A DNA stretch of 64,000 bases, taken from assembly GCF_009914755.1 (NCBI RefSeq), contig NC_060940.1. One strand, given 5' to 3'. Source of the DNA: the human T2T-CHM13v2.0 reference genome, Homo sapiens. Numbering within the stretch: position 1 is the first letter of the stretch; the number at the start of each line of letters is the position of its first letter. The notes beneath the pieces were generated by a model. That model was given only the letters and a program-made list of their open reading frames with translations, was not told the DNA's origin and made no database searches. This document shows, in pieces, positions 49,774 to 64,000 of this stretch. A program made the translations under genes and the position numbers.

Positions 49774-50146
49774 TCCCTTCCCACCAGCATAGTTTCCTCA
49801 GCCTGCCCTGGCTTTCAGGGGTTTCTTTCTCCCAGGGATTCTAGCCACTGGCTTTCCCACGGACCCCAAGGCTGGGTGGTGCAGTAAGATGCAGGCTCCA
49901 GTGTATTTTCATTGCACAATAAAGATGCTCAGTAGATGTGTGTGGGTTGGTCTAATGTGAAATGAGCTGAGGGCAGAAATTAACAGGAAGACATCGGGAT
50001 ACCCACTTCTTGACTCTCCTCACCCCTATTTCAGGAGTGGGTTATCAGCGGGGCTCTCTCAGAATCCTTCCTCATCAGTCCAGGCTTTCTGATGAGAACA
50101 GGAGGGTCGGCAACGTCTCCACCCGGCTCCCATCTAACTTCCGTAT

Positions 50147-50220
50147 GTGCGCACACACACCGCACAGGCACACGCATGTACACAATGCACACATATAGTG
50201 CACACATACACATGCACACA
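50147..50220. repeat. Degenerate CA-rich purine-pyrimidine repeat
   Basis: Read directly. Confidence 0.7.
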
Positions 50221-50344
50221 GGGTGTCATTCCTTTGTCTTCTATAGCCTCTTCCCCTAACAGAGCAGTGGGCGAGCCTTAGGCAATTACAGGTGTGACTT
50301 CTGGCTTACTGCAATCTGTGAAGCTGCAATGGGCAGGATATGCC

Positions 50345-50700
50345 TGTTCTGGATGAACTATGTCCCTGAAAATTCCTATTTGAAGTCCTGACCCCAGTAC
50401 CTCATCATATGACTGCAATTGGACACGGGGTCTCCAACAAGGTAAGTAAGTTAAAGTGAGGTCGTTAGGGTGAGCCTTAGTTCAGCCTGACTGGAGTTGT
50501 TATAAGACAAGGGGATTAATGAGAACACAGCTGCAGAGAGGAAGACCATGTGAGGATACAGGGAGAAGTCGGCCATCTGCAAGGCAAGGAGAGAGGCCTC
50601 GGAAGGAATCGATCTACCAACACTTTGGTCTCAGGCTTCCAGCTTCCAGAACGGTGAGAAAGCAAATTTCTGCTGTGTATACCCCCAATCCTGTGGTCCT
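50345..50700 (+). mobile_element. MLT1 (MLT1B-like) LTR
   Basis: GAAGTCCTGACCCCAGTACCTCA, GTTAAAGTGAGGTC, GAAGACCATGTGAGGA, CTTCCAGAACGGTGAGAAA. Confidence 0.8.
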
Positions 50701-51817
50701 TCCAGCCTTACAGAAAAGGAATTCACTCCCAGGGAGGGACGACAGTGAGGTGTGGTCGGAGCAGCTGTGCTTCTCTTACCTGAAGCCTCCTGATGCTCTG
50801 GGAGAAGGAATGCTCTTTGGAAAATTCTGCCAGCTGCCATGGGATAGGACGTGGGTTTGTAGCATGCCTCACTTCTCCCCACTGGTTTCTGCCCATGCCA
50901 CTGCCTCCACCACACGGGGAAAAGCTGCCATCCACCCAGCTGCCTGACTCAGAGATCTGATCCCTGACCACTCCCTTCCTGCCACCCTCATACCCAGCCA
51001 CCACCATGTCTTGGGGATCACACTTCCCAAACGTCTCTCAAGCCCTTCATGGTGCATGGTTTCCTTTGCCTAAATCAGAGTATACTTCCCCAAATAACCT
51101 GTGATGTATGCAAACCACCCCCCACTCCGGCCCCCAGGTTCCCTCTGGGGCTTCCTCCAGGTCAGGAATGACAAGGAAGGGGTCACAGACACCTCCTGTG
51201 TTCACAGTGCTGGCGGCCTGGATGGCAGACAAGAAGAGGCATGCTCAGTGCTAAGACGTCCCCGAACTCACAGACTCTGGGGGTCCCACTGACTTACTAC
51301 CCAGGTCCTACCCCAGTGAGCTCACCCTCTGTCCTCTGCTTCAATTCCTCACACACTTTACCCATCCCTCTTGCCTTGCAGAACTGGCAAGAGCACACTC
51401 CTTCTCCCGGGGCTACAGCTCACTGCCGGGGAAACAATAACCTCCTGACCAGCCTGTCACTTCCATGAGTGGCCCGTGCAATCCATTATCGCGCAGCTGC
51501 CAGCAGTGGCTCTTTCAGCTGTCACCAGCCTGGCCTCTTCCAATCACAAACGGCTTACAGCTTCCCGCACTCATCTCATCTTCAGATCCCTTATCCCACT
51601 GACACCTTACATCATCCCTTCCCTGGTGCTGTAGATGGACTTGTGGTATCTTATGCAAGAGATCCTTCTGGAAAACCTTGCCCATTTCAAGGCTTGAACA
51701 TTTCAAGACTAATTCTGCAACAGAAGGGTGTATTTCCGTTACCAGCTGAAGTGTCCATGCCATTTTGCAAGAGAATGGAAAGCGTTTTGCATCTACTCAT
51801 TACCAGCTCTGAAATGA

Positions 51818-52430
<613 letters not shown>

Positions 52431-52867
52431 ACATGATTCTTGACAAGTGTTTACTTTGAAGGGACTTGTAAGTGAAGATCACTTACAAGATAGGCTTTTA
52501 TTTTTTTCACACTACTTTGGATTCACGCAGCATCAATCCCTTTATTCCACCACAACCATTTACGGATGAGAAAACTGAGGCTTAGTGCAGTCATATGGGG
52601 AGAGGGGAGGGAGGAATGAGGACTCAGGGTTCAGCTGCAGGGGGTCCAGCACAGCCACAGAAGGTCAGCCTGGGAACTGATTTGTCAAAAGGACCACAGG
52701 TAGAGACGGGGGGAAGTGTGGAGACCTCGTGTTCAAATCTCTCTCAGTGACCACTAGCTGTAATCTTGTGTGCCACAATGAATGAAAACACGTCTTAGAT
52801 ATCTTTAGCGAGTGCTTCCATCTGCCAGGGCACCAAGGCCAAGTATTTCACATATATTTCATCTTGA

Positions 52868-53872
<1,005 letters not shown>

Positions 53873-54362
53873 ATAAAGCAGCAATAGTGTACTTTATCTT
53901 CAAAGAATAGAGGAAAAAAATGGTGTTAGTGTACGGGGCTAGGTGCCTGGGAGAGGGTGGTGAATGGGATGCTCACCATGCCTGTGAAGCTCAGAATGTG
54001 CACATGAGGCTTATGCCAGAGCTGTCAGGGGAAGGACGCTGCCCCTCATTTCTAAGGTCCATCCTCACAGCACCTGTCAAGGAACCGTTGACTAAGTGAT
54101 GATGAAGAGCAAATAACTCTCGCAGGCTTTAGACCATATACAACTGGAGCCCTGCGTTGGCCACATTCAGTTCAGTAGAGTACAACCAAATGTGTGTCCA
54201 GTATAGAGGGGTTTTAGACACTGTTGGAATGTCTCCAGTTTAATTATCCAGATAGGCATTCTGGCTGGTGGCAACAGGCATTCTGGCTGGTGGCGACAGG
54301 GAAAACAGTAACACTCAATGATCAAATCCCAGAGGTTATCAAGGAGGTCCCTAGAACTGTAG

Positions 54363-54683
<321 letters not shown>

Positions 54684-56802
54684 AAAGCCATCTGAATTCA
54701 AACATTTTAATCTGATGGAGTAATGTTAATTCCTCAAATAATGACAAGGCTATACAACTTCTGAATCCATCATAACCCTGCACTAAAGAACATTACAACA
54801 CGGACTTATGAACACACAGTTCGTAAATTATCCCCCCTTGCAGCAGCCAGTAGTATTAAAAAGCAAAGACACCAGAATTATAACATACTATTATTCTCCT
54901 ACAGTCATCTTCACCTTACAAATGTATGGTATGCAAAAATTTGTTCATAAACTGGCTGCCTGGAATGCAACTATGTTTTGTCATAGAGATCACGTTATAA
55001 CTGATGGTGAGATCTCAGGCTAACTCATACAAACTGAATTAATTCACAATGCAGATGAATACACTAATTCAACTTCATTTACAATCACGCTTCCTTCCCT
55101 TGCTGCATGGTTTACTTTCCCAGCGAAATATTTGCAATTTCTGTTATTATTGCTGGATTTTGTGTCTTTTTCCGCTTTTCAAAATTGCTCTTATCAGCAA
55201 GTATAAAAACCTAACCGCTATTTATACCCACAGGTGTAATAGCAATGATCATAAGGGAATTCAGTGTAAGAGAGGGGAGAAATGTATTACGTACAGTAAT
55301 AAGCATATTAAATGCCTTTGATTAGAGGGTCCGTAGAGGTATAATTATGTGATTATCTATACTGAGAAATACTATTTGTTATATTAATAGAAATAAAATA
55401 TACTGAATTCGTAGATTTAGGATAACATATCCCTGATACATAAAAAAGCAAAAGAGATGAAGAAAGGATTACAGGTTGCTTATAATCTTGAGATCCCCCG
55501 AGAAAGATTGAGAGGAGCCAATTACAATTTGGGTGTGACCAAGTGAAGCAAAACATTTCCTGAGCTGCCCAGAAAGTCACTCTACAGAATAAATCATGAA
55601 TATACTAGCGATCACTCATGAAACTCTTACCACATGGCAGGCACTGAGCACTTTACTTGCATGATTGCAACCTTCCTAGCCTGTTACTCTACAACAAGAT
55701 GCTACATTCCTGGCTGACCAGGTGGCTGGGGCCTCTCCTTGTGCTAATACTATTTTAATGAGTACAACGACATCAAATGAAGTGAGCTATAACCAGGGAG
55801 GAGCAGTGAGGCCTGGCCAGTTCTGTGAGGCAAGAGGGTTCTGTGAGGCGAGAGGCAAGGCCCAGGAGTTCGAGCCCAGCTTGGGCAACATACGGAGACC
55901 CTGTCTCTTCAAAAAGTGTTCAAAGAATTGAAGCAGAGGACAAACGGTGAGCTCACTGGGGCGGGACCTGGATAGTAAGTGAATGGGACCCCCTGTCTGT
56001 GAGCTTAGGAGCATCTTGGCACTAAGTATACTTGTTCTCTGCTGGTGAGGTCACCATCACTGGAAACATGGGTGTCTGTGAGTCCTCCTTGCAATTTCTG
56101 ATCTGCCTGTCACCATCTCTGTGCTGGAGGAAGCCCCAGAGGGAGCCCTGGGGTGAGAGGTGTGGAGAGTCCAGCATATATCATTAGTTCTTTGGGAAAA
56201 CCTGATCTGACATCCAACTCAGGTCTCTAGAAGTTCAGCTGTGCCTCCTAGCCCTGGCATACCCTAACCAAAATAGTGAAGATGGCTCCAAGGGCCAGGG
56301 GAATACCTGGGACCCAGGGATATTATTAATATTACAAGGTTAATTTGGGGACATTACAAGGTTTAAGGTTAAGACGTTTTTATTTGCCTGGACTTGAAGA
56401 ACGTGATCAGCTTAAATGTCCATATAATTGTATACAAAGATTTTTGCAAACTCAAGAAAAAAACATTTAAGAGAAAGCATCCCACAGACTGTACCTTCAG
56501 TTTGAACTGTTTATTAATCATTCTATCTAATAAAGATGTGGAATCAGAATCGTGTTGTCATCTTGTTGGCAATGCAGACTGCAGAAAACGACGTCTGGAG
56601 TACTGGTGAGAGGCGGAGGCATTAAAATTTTGTTTTTATAAAGCCACTGAGCAGAAATGACTCAGAGGAAACACAAGGGTATTCTGTCTGGGGAGACTGA
56701 GAGAGCTAAAAAGCCATCTTAAAGTCATAATAAAGGTTTCCAGTTAAATATAGTAGATTGAAAACACATTCAGCTTTGTTCCTTCCACAAATCCCACTGT
56801 AA

Positions 56803-57340
<538 letters not shown>

Positions 57341-57414
57341 TGACTTAGTTTAAGTTAAATATTCAGCTGGCAGCGAGAAAAGTCAAGAATCAACTGGCTT
57401 TGGAAAACTCTCAG

Positions 57415-57870
57415 GCAGTATTTGCCAAAGACAAACCCACATCTTCCCGATGACCCAGTAATTCCACTCCTTGGAATATACCCAGAGAAATGAGGGTGTT
57501 GGTCTATTAAAAGATAGGAACCAGAATGCTCTTGGCAGCTTTATTCACAATAGCCCCCAAGTAGAAATAACCTAGAGATCCATTAGCAGTGGAGTGGGTA
57601 AATAATTTGTGATCTGTTCATTAGATGGTATACTACATGGCTATAACACAGAACCAATTGCTGCTACATGTAATAACACAGATGAATCTCAGACATCACA
57701 TACAGCGAAAGAAGCCAGAAGACACAAGAGTCAATACCGCATGATTTCATTTTTATGAAGCTCAAGAACAAGCAAACCCAACTAGTCCTGGTGACAGAAC
57801 GTTGACTGACAGAGAAGGCGCACGAGGGAGCCTTCTGGAGTCTGGCAAATGTTCCACATCTCAACTCGAG
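57415..57870 (+). mobile_element. Old L1ME/MC 3' fragment
   Basis: GACCCAGTAATTCCACTCCTTGGAATATACCCAGAGAAATG, GCAGCTTTATTCACAATAGCC. Confidence 0.7.
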
Positions 57871-58024
57871 TGGTGGGGAAAGGATGAGTTCACATGCTCC
57901 AGCTCTTTACTTCACATTACCCGCATTTTAGTTCCTGAGAAACCTCAATTTTTAGCTATCCTTGGGTATAGGAATAAAAAGAGAGCTAAAACAGAAAGAT
58001 GGCTTGAAACTGCATGAAGCTTGA

Positions 58025-58420
<396 letters not shown>

Positions 58421-58912
58421 AAAGAGTAAACAAAGAAGTTCTGAGAGGCAGCAGAGACTGCTGGGGCATGGGTCCCCCGGGGAAAACAAGGGGATAAAGA
58501 TGAAAGTTTTACCCTGGATTTCAGGATGGAGTCTTTTCCTTCCATTTGGCTCCTAGAACACTTAGAGCGAAAGAAGCCAGGCAGAGCCCTCCAACAGGAG
58601 TGGTCTCTGGGGAATCTGAGAGCCAAAAAGAAACAACCAAAAGCCACCGATAATACGGAAATGGGGAGCCTTCATCACGCGATGGTGAAGGCCGTGGGCG
58701 AGAAGGCCTCCCTCCCCCGCATTTGTCAGTTTTTCTGTGCTGTACTCTTTTTCATTCTTTTTTTTTTTTAAATTGCACTTTTAAATGGAAGCAGGCAGCC
58801 AAGGACCATTAGATGTATGAGCAATGTGTCTAATATGAAAAAAAAGAACAAAACAACCCCAATGGTAAGAAACAGAGGCGATATGGGGAGGAGGAAAAAA
58901 AAAACCATTAGC

Positions 58913-59191
58913 AGGCTGGGTGTGGTGGCTCACGCTTGTAATACTAGCACTTTGGGAGGCCAAGGTGGGTGGATCACCTGAGGTCAGGTGTTGGAGACCA
59001 GCCTGGCCAAAAGGGCAAAACCCGGTCTCTACTAAAAATACAAAAAGTAGCTGGGCGTAGTGGCACACGCCTGTAATCCCAGCTACTCAGGAGGCTGGGG
59101 CAGTAGAATCGCCTGGGGGGCAGAGGTTGCAGTGAGCCGAAATCGCACTCCAGCCTGGATGACAAACGTGAAACCCGTCAAAAAAAAAAAA
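58913..59191 (+). mobile_element. Alu
   Basis: Dimer; CATTAGCA flanks. Confidence 0.9.
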
Positions 59192-59476
59192 TCATTAGCA
59201 TTCTCAGACAGAGAAGATACTGCATTAATCAACCAATTACAGGATGCTATTTTGAAAAGGAATAATGAAAAAAAAAAAGCTCTTGAAAATTAAAACTATG
59301 GTAGCAAAAATGAAAAGCTCGGTAGAAGGCTTAGAAGATAAGGTGAGGAATCATCTCAAAAAGTAGAGTGAGCAAGGAAGTGAAAAAAAAAAAAAGGAAA
59401 TAATATTTGAGGACCAGAACAAGAGGTCCAATATTTGTAGACTATGAGTACCACAGTATAGGGGAGCTCCCCTGCC

Positions 59477-59560
59477 CACACACAACACACACACACACAA
59501 ACACACAAACACACACACACACAGATGGAGAGAGAGAGAGAGAGAGAGACAGAGAGAGAG
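59477..59560. repeat. Compound (CA)n-(GA)n microsatellite
   Basis: Read directly. Confidence 0.9.
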
Positions 59561-60305
59561 GATGAAATAATTCAAAAGGACTTCCGAGAACAAAAGGGCA
59601 TGAGTTTAAACGGACTCACACCAAAGTCCCTCACAGTATTATTGTAGAACCCTGGATGCAAAGAGAAGATCCTATGTGTTTCTGGTTTCATATAAAAGAT
59701 CAACAATCAAAATAAAATTGAACTTCTTAAAATCCATACTGAAAGAACAAAGGCAAGGAGACAAAGCCTTCAAAATTCTGAGAGAAAAATAACTCCTCAC
59801 CTATCATTCTATACCCAGCCAAACTATCAAACTATCACTTTAATGTGAGGGTGGAATGAAGACATTTTTGGTGCAATTTCTTCTCCAGAAGCTACTGGAC
59901 AATAGGATCCATCTAAAAAGGAGGCAAAGGTAGATCCAACATGAGAGAGAAGCACAGACGGTTCCTAGACTAGACACAGAAATCCTAAGATCACAGCTGT
60001 TAGCAGGCCTACAGAGCAAGCAATCAGGAAATAGCTCCAGGAGAAATTTCACCAAAAAGCTGAGATTGGTTATTATTTTAAATTTATTGACGGGAAATTG
60101 GTAAGCTCAGACTTTTGGAAGAAGAGTCTGAGGTTGAATTAGCACTCTTCAAAAACTTAAAGCAATTTTAAAACCACAACAAATAAAGCATGCAGGAAAA
60201 ATAACCATGCCTACAATGTGGCTCTGTTGTGAATGATGTTTAAAATAACATATGTACAGGCAAGATATTATAAATACTAAATGCTGATACGACCCGAATT
60301 AGGAA

Positions 60306-60606
60306 TTTTTTTTTTTTTTTTTTTGAGACAGAGTCTTGTACTGTCACCCAGGCTGGAATGCAGTGGCACAATCTCGGCTCACTGCAACCTCTGCCTCCCA
60401 GATTCGAGAGATTCTCATGCCTCAGTCTCCTGAGTAGTTAGGATTACAGGCGCCCGCCACCACATTCGGCTAATTTTTGTATTTTTAGTAGAGACAGGGT
60501 TTCAGCATGTTGGCCAGGCTGGTCTTGAACTTGTGACCTCAGGTGATCCGCCCGCCTTGGCCTCCCAAAGTGCTGGGATTACAGGTGTGAGGCACTGCAT
60601 GCAGCC
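60306..60606 (-). mobile_element. Alu
   Basis: Antisense dimer; AATTAGGA flanks. Confidence 0.92.
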
Positions 60607-61059
60607 AACCAAATTAGGATTTAACGACACTGGAAAGACACGGGGAAGAAATGTGGGAGTGGGATGGAGAGAAGGACAGAGCTAAATCCTCATTCTCCAG
60701 GACACAAATTCAATACATAACAGTAAGTAAGATCTAGAAACATCAACACAAGCATGTTGTTTAGAACAATGGAAGTGAATATCCACAAAATTAGCTCAAC
60801 TCACGAGGGTGGCTGCCTCTAGAAGTGAGCAACAGGCCAATGAGGAGTTGTGCACTGCTGCTTTGTAAAACTTGCTGGGTACAGCTACTTGACTTCTTAA
60901 TCTGCATGCATTTATAACGTGAATAAAGACAGAAAACAAAATGAAAAAAAAACTAAATCATAACCTCGTTTTTGCTTCCTATAAAACAGCAATTCCATAA
61001 CCTGTAGAAAGCATTACACAATTAATTGCTTCTAGTTGGCAATAATTACAGGACAATAA

Positions 61060-61678
<619 letters not shown>

Positions 61679-62330
61679 ATAATTTTTTAACTAGCAAATA
61701 ATTTTCCTCTTCCCCAAAGGTATTTAAATGTCTGGCCTCAGGATGTGGTTCCACTCCCCTATGAGTCTACAGGGTTCCCATGGCATCACTCATCAGAGAG
61801 ATGAGTCCTCTCATGGTCTCCCCACAGGAACACAGGACACCATGAATCAGGACTTGCACCCCACAAAAATCACAATCCAAGTGCAAGCCTCGAGGAACAC
61901 AGGGATGAACCTGGGTCAGGTGGTAAAGGGATCCTGTCTTACCTAGCACTCCCCAGCTCTCCCATGCCCATCACCAGACTGCAGAGACCAGGCAAGGCAG
62001 GGAGGCTCAAGACAGATCTTGGGTCAAAGCCAGGGCAATAGGGTGAACCCCACCAACAGGCAGAGAAGCAGCCGGGAGTACTATCTGGAGGGTCACCAGC
62101 AGCAGAGAGCTAGGGAAGGCTTGTGTTGCCACTGTCCCAAGTGCACGGATGTCCAGGTGATATCGGGTACAAATTCCCTTTTATGGACCTGAAAATCTGC
62201 TCTCAACATACTCCATGGACCAATGATTATTTTTGCCTTTCTCTTGGGAAAAGAGAATGGGATGAGTAGACTATGACAATAAAGTATTTTGCACCAAGAT
62301 CCAATGGCCCCTTCCCCAAAAATATATATA

Positions 62331-62630
62331 TTTTTTTTAGATGGAGTCTTGCTCTGTTGCCCAGGCTAGAGCACAGTGGCATGATCTCGGCTCACTGCAA
62401 ACTCCACCTCCTGGGTTCAACTGATTCTCCCGCCTTAGCGTTCCGCCTCAGCCTCCTGAGTAGATGGGATTACAGGCGCACATTACCGTCCCTGGCTAAT
62501 TTTTGTATTTTTATTACAGGCGAGGTTTCACCATGTTGGCCAGGCTGGCCTCAAACTCTTGACCTCAAGTGATCAGCCCACCTTGCATCCCAAAGTGCTG
62601 GGATTACAGGCACGAGCCACCGTGCCTGGC
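62331..62630 (-). mobile_element. Alu
   Basis: Antisense dimer. Confidence 0.9.
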
Positions 62631-62679
62631 ACCCTAAAGATAAATTACACTTAGTGTAACAATATGTATAACTATACCA

Positions 62680-62782
62680 CCTGCTTCATAGGATTGTTAT
62701 GAAGATTCAGTAAGTTCATCTCTGCAAAGAGCTTAGAACAATGCCTGGAACACAGCAAGCCCTATATAAATGTTAGTTATTA
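62680..62782 (+). mobile_element. MIR
   Basis: ATAGGATTGTTATGAAGATT..CTTAGAACAATGCCTGG..TAAATGTTAGTTATT. Confidence 0.7.
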
Positions 62783-63275
62783 CAAATAAAATAAATCAGG
62801 GGAAGAGAACATGACTTGTTTGCAAAGGTGCCGTGAGAAGTCTCTCTCTGTCCAGACATTATGCTCACATGCTGTTTAAATGTTTTGCATGAGACTAAAA
62901 AGAGGCCTGCATCCCCAGTGCCCCAGTAAGGAAAGAAAGTTATATTTAAACTGCCCCTAATGGTGGAAGAGGGTTACACCTGGAGACCATTATGGGCCGT
63001 CACTTTAGTCCAATGCATAAAGGGATCAGGTCACCTCCCACCTAGGAAGCAAGATCCCCTGGGCCCTGGAGCCTGACGGAGCTTGGTGCCTGGCACTTCT
63101 GTATTCTGTTCTGACTTTGTAAGGGTGAGCAGGGCATGGGGCAGTCCTTATATCTAGGGAAGCTTGGGCCTTCAGAGGAGCCCCAAACTCAGAAGTGGGC
63201 TGTAGACTGTGTAGATCATATGCAAGTATTACTAAACTCCATCAGCAGATGAAGAAAAGGTTAAACACCTTTGGA

Positions 63276-63567
<292 letters not shown>

Positions 63568-63689
63568 GGATTTTGGCTTTCATTGTCTGGAAACTTCTAG
63601 CTGTTGTGTTGAAGGGAATCAAAGTAAATTCTAGCCCATAGAAGTGAATACAAAGAAAAGGGAGGAGGAGAGACTTAGATTCAGTATTC

Positions 63690-63930
63690 TTCCATTTGCT
63701 TAACCATTATTTACAGAATGCTAGGCAATCTAAACACTAAGATTCTAGGCACTAAGAATACAACAAAAGTGTCTGCCTTCATGGAGCTTATGTTTTAATG
63801 GAGAAAGATGGATGATCAGTGCAGCTAATAGGTAAAGCAGGCAGTATATTAGATGGTGCTAAGTGTTACGGAGGGAAACCAAGTGGGAAGGCAGTGGGGA
63901 GGGGAAGAGCTGCAACTCTAAAATCAGAGA
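63690..63930 (-). mobile_element. L2 fragment
   Basis: ATTCTAGGCACTAAGAATACA..CTGCCTTCATGGAGCTTA. Confidence 0.6.
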
Positions 63931-63934
63931 TCAT

Positions 63935-64000
63935 CAGATGGGTGCGGTGGCTCACCCCTGTAATCCCAGCACCTTGGGAGGCCCAGGTGGGTGGATCACT
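63935..64000 (+). mobile_element. Alu 5' part (runs off window)
   Basis: GGTGCGGTGGCTCAC..TGTAATCCCAGCAC. Confidence 0.88.

Overview
Human (primate) genomic DNA lying inside the CPPED1 gene (calcineurin-like phosphoesterase domain containing 1; chr16p13 from my recall), which runs on the minus strand. The only protein-coding sequence I can support is one 426-bp internal exon (31658..32083, phase 1-1) carrying the metallophosphoesterase GNHD and FQHIP motifs. Everything else is intron: about 60 Alu elements or fragments, L1 pieces (one L1PA 3' end nested in an Alu), a probable long HAL1, L2 and MIR remnants, solo LTRs (MER39/34-like, MST, MER57, THE1, MLT1, LTR16-like), hAT MITEs (MER58, MER30), a MADE1 hairpin and the MIR4718 hairpin antisense to the host gene. 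Nearly all ORFs in the supplied track are Alu/L1 artefacts. I see no evidence of a new multi-gene system. The most notable oddities are a 76-bp locally templated insertion inside an Alu next to the exon, a fused inverted-Alu deletion scar on the other side of it, the exon's symmetric stop-free circRNA-compatible layout, a possible read-through C-terminus, and a few repeat-free motif-rich blocks. Repeat boundaries are approximate and subfamily names come from recall of consensus sequences.
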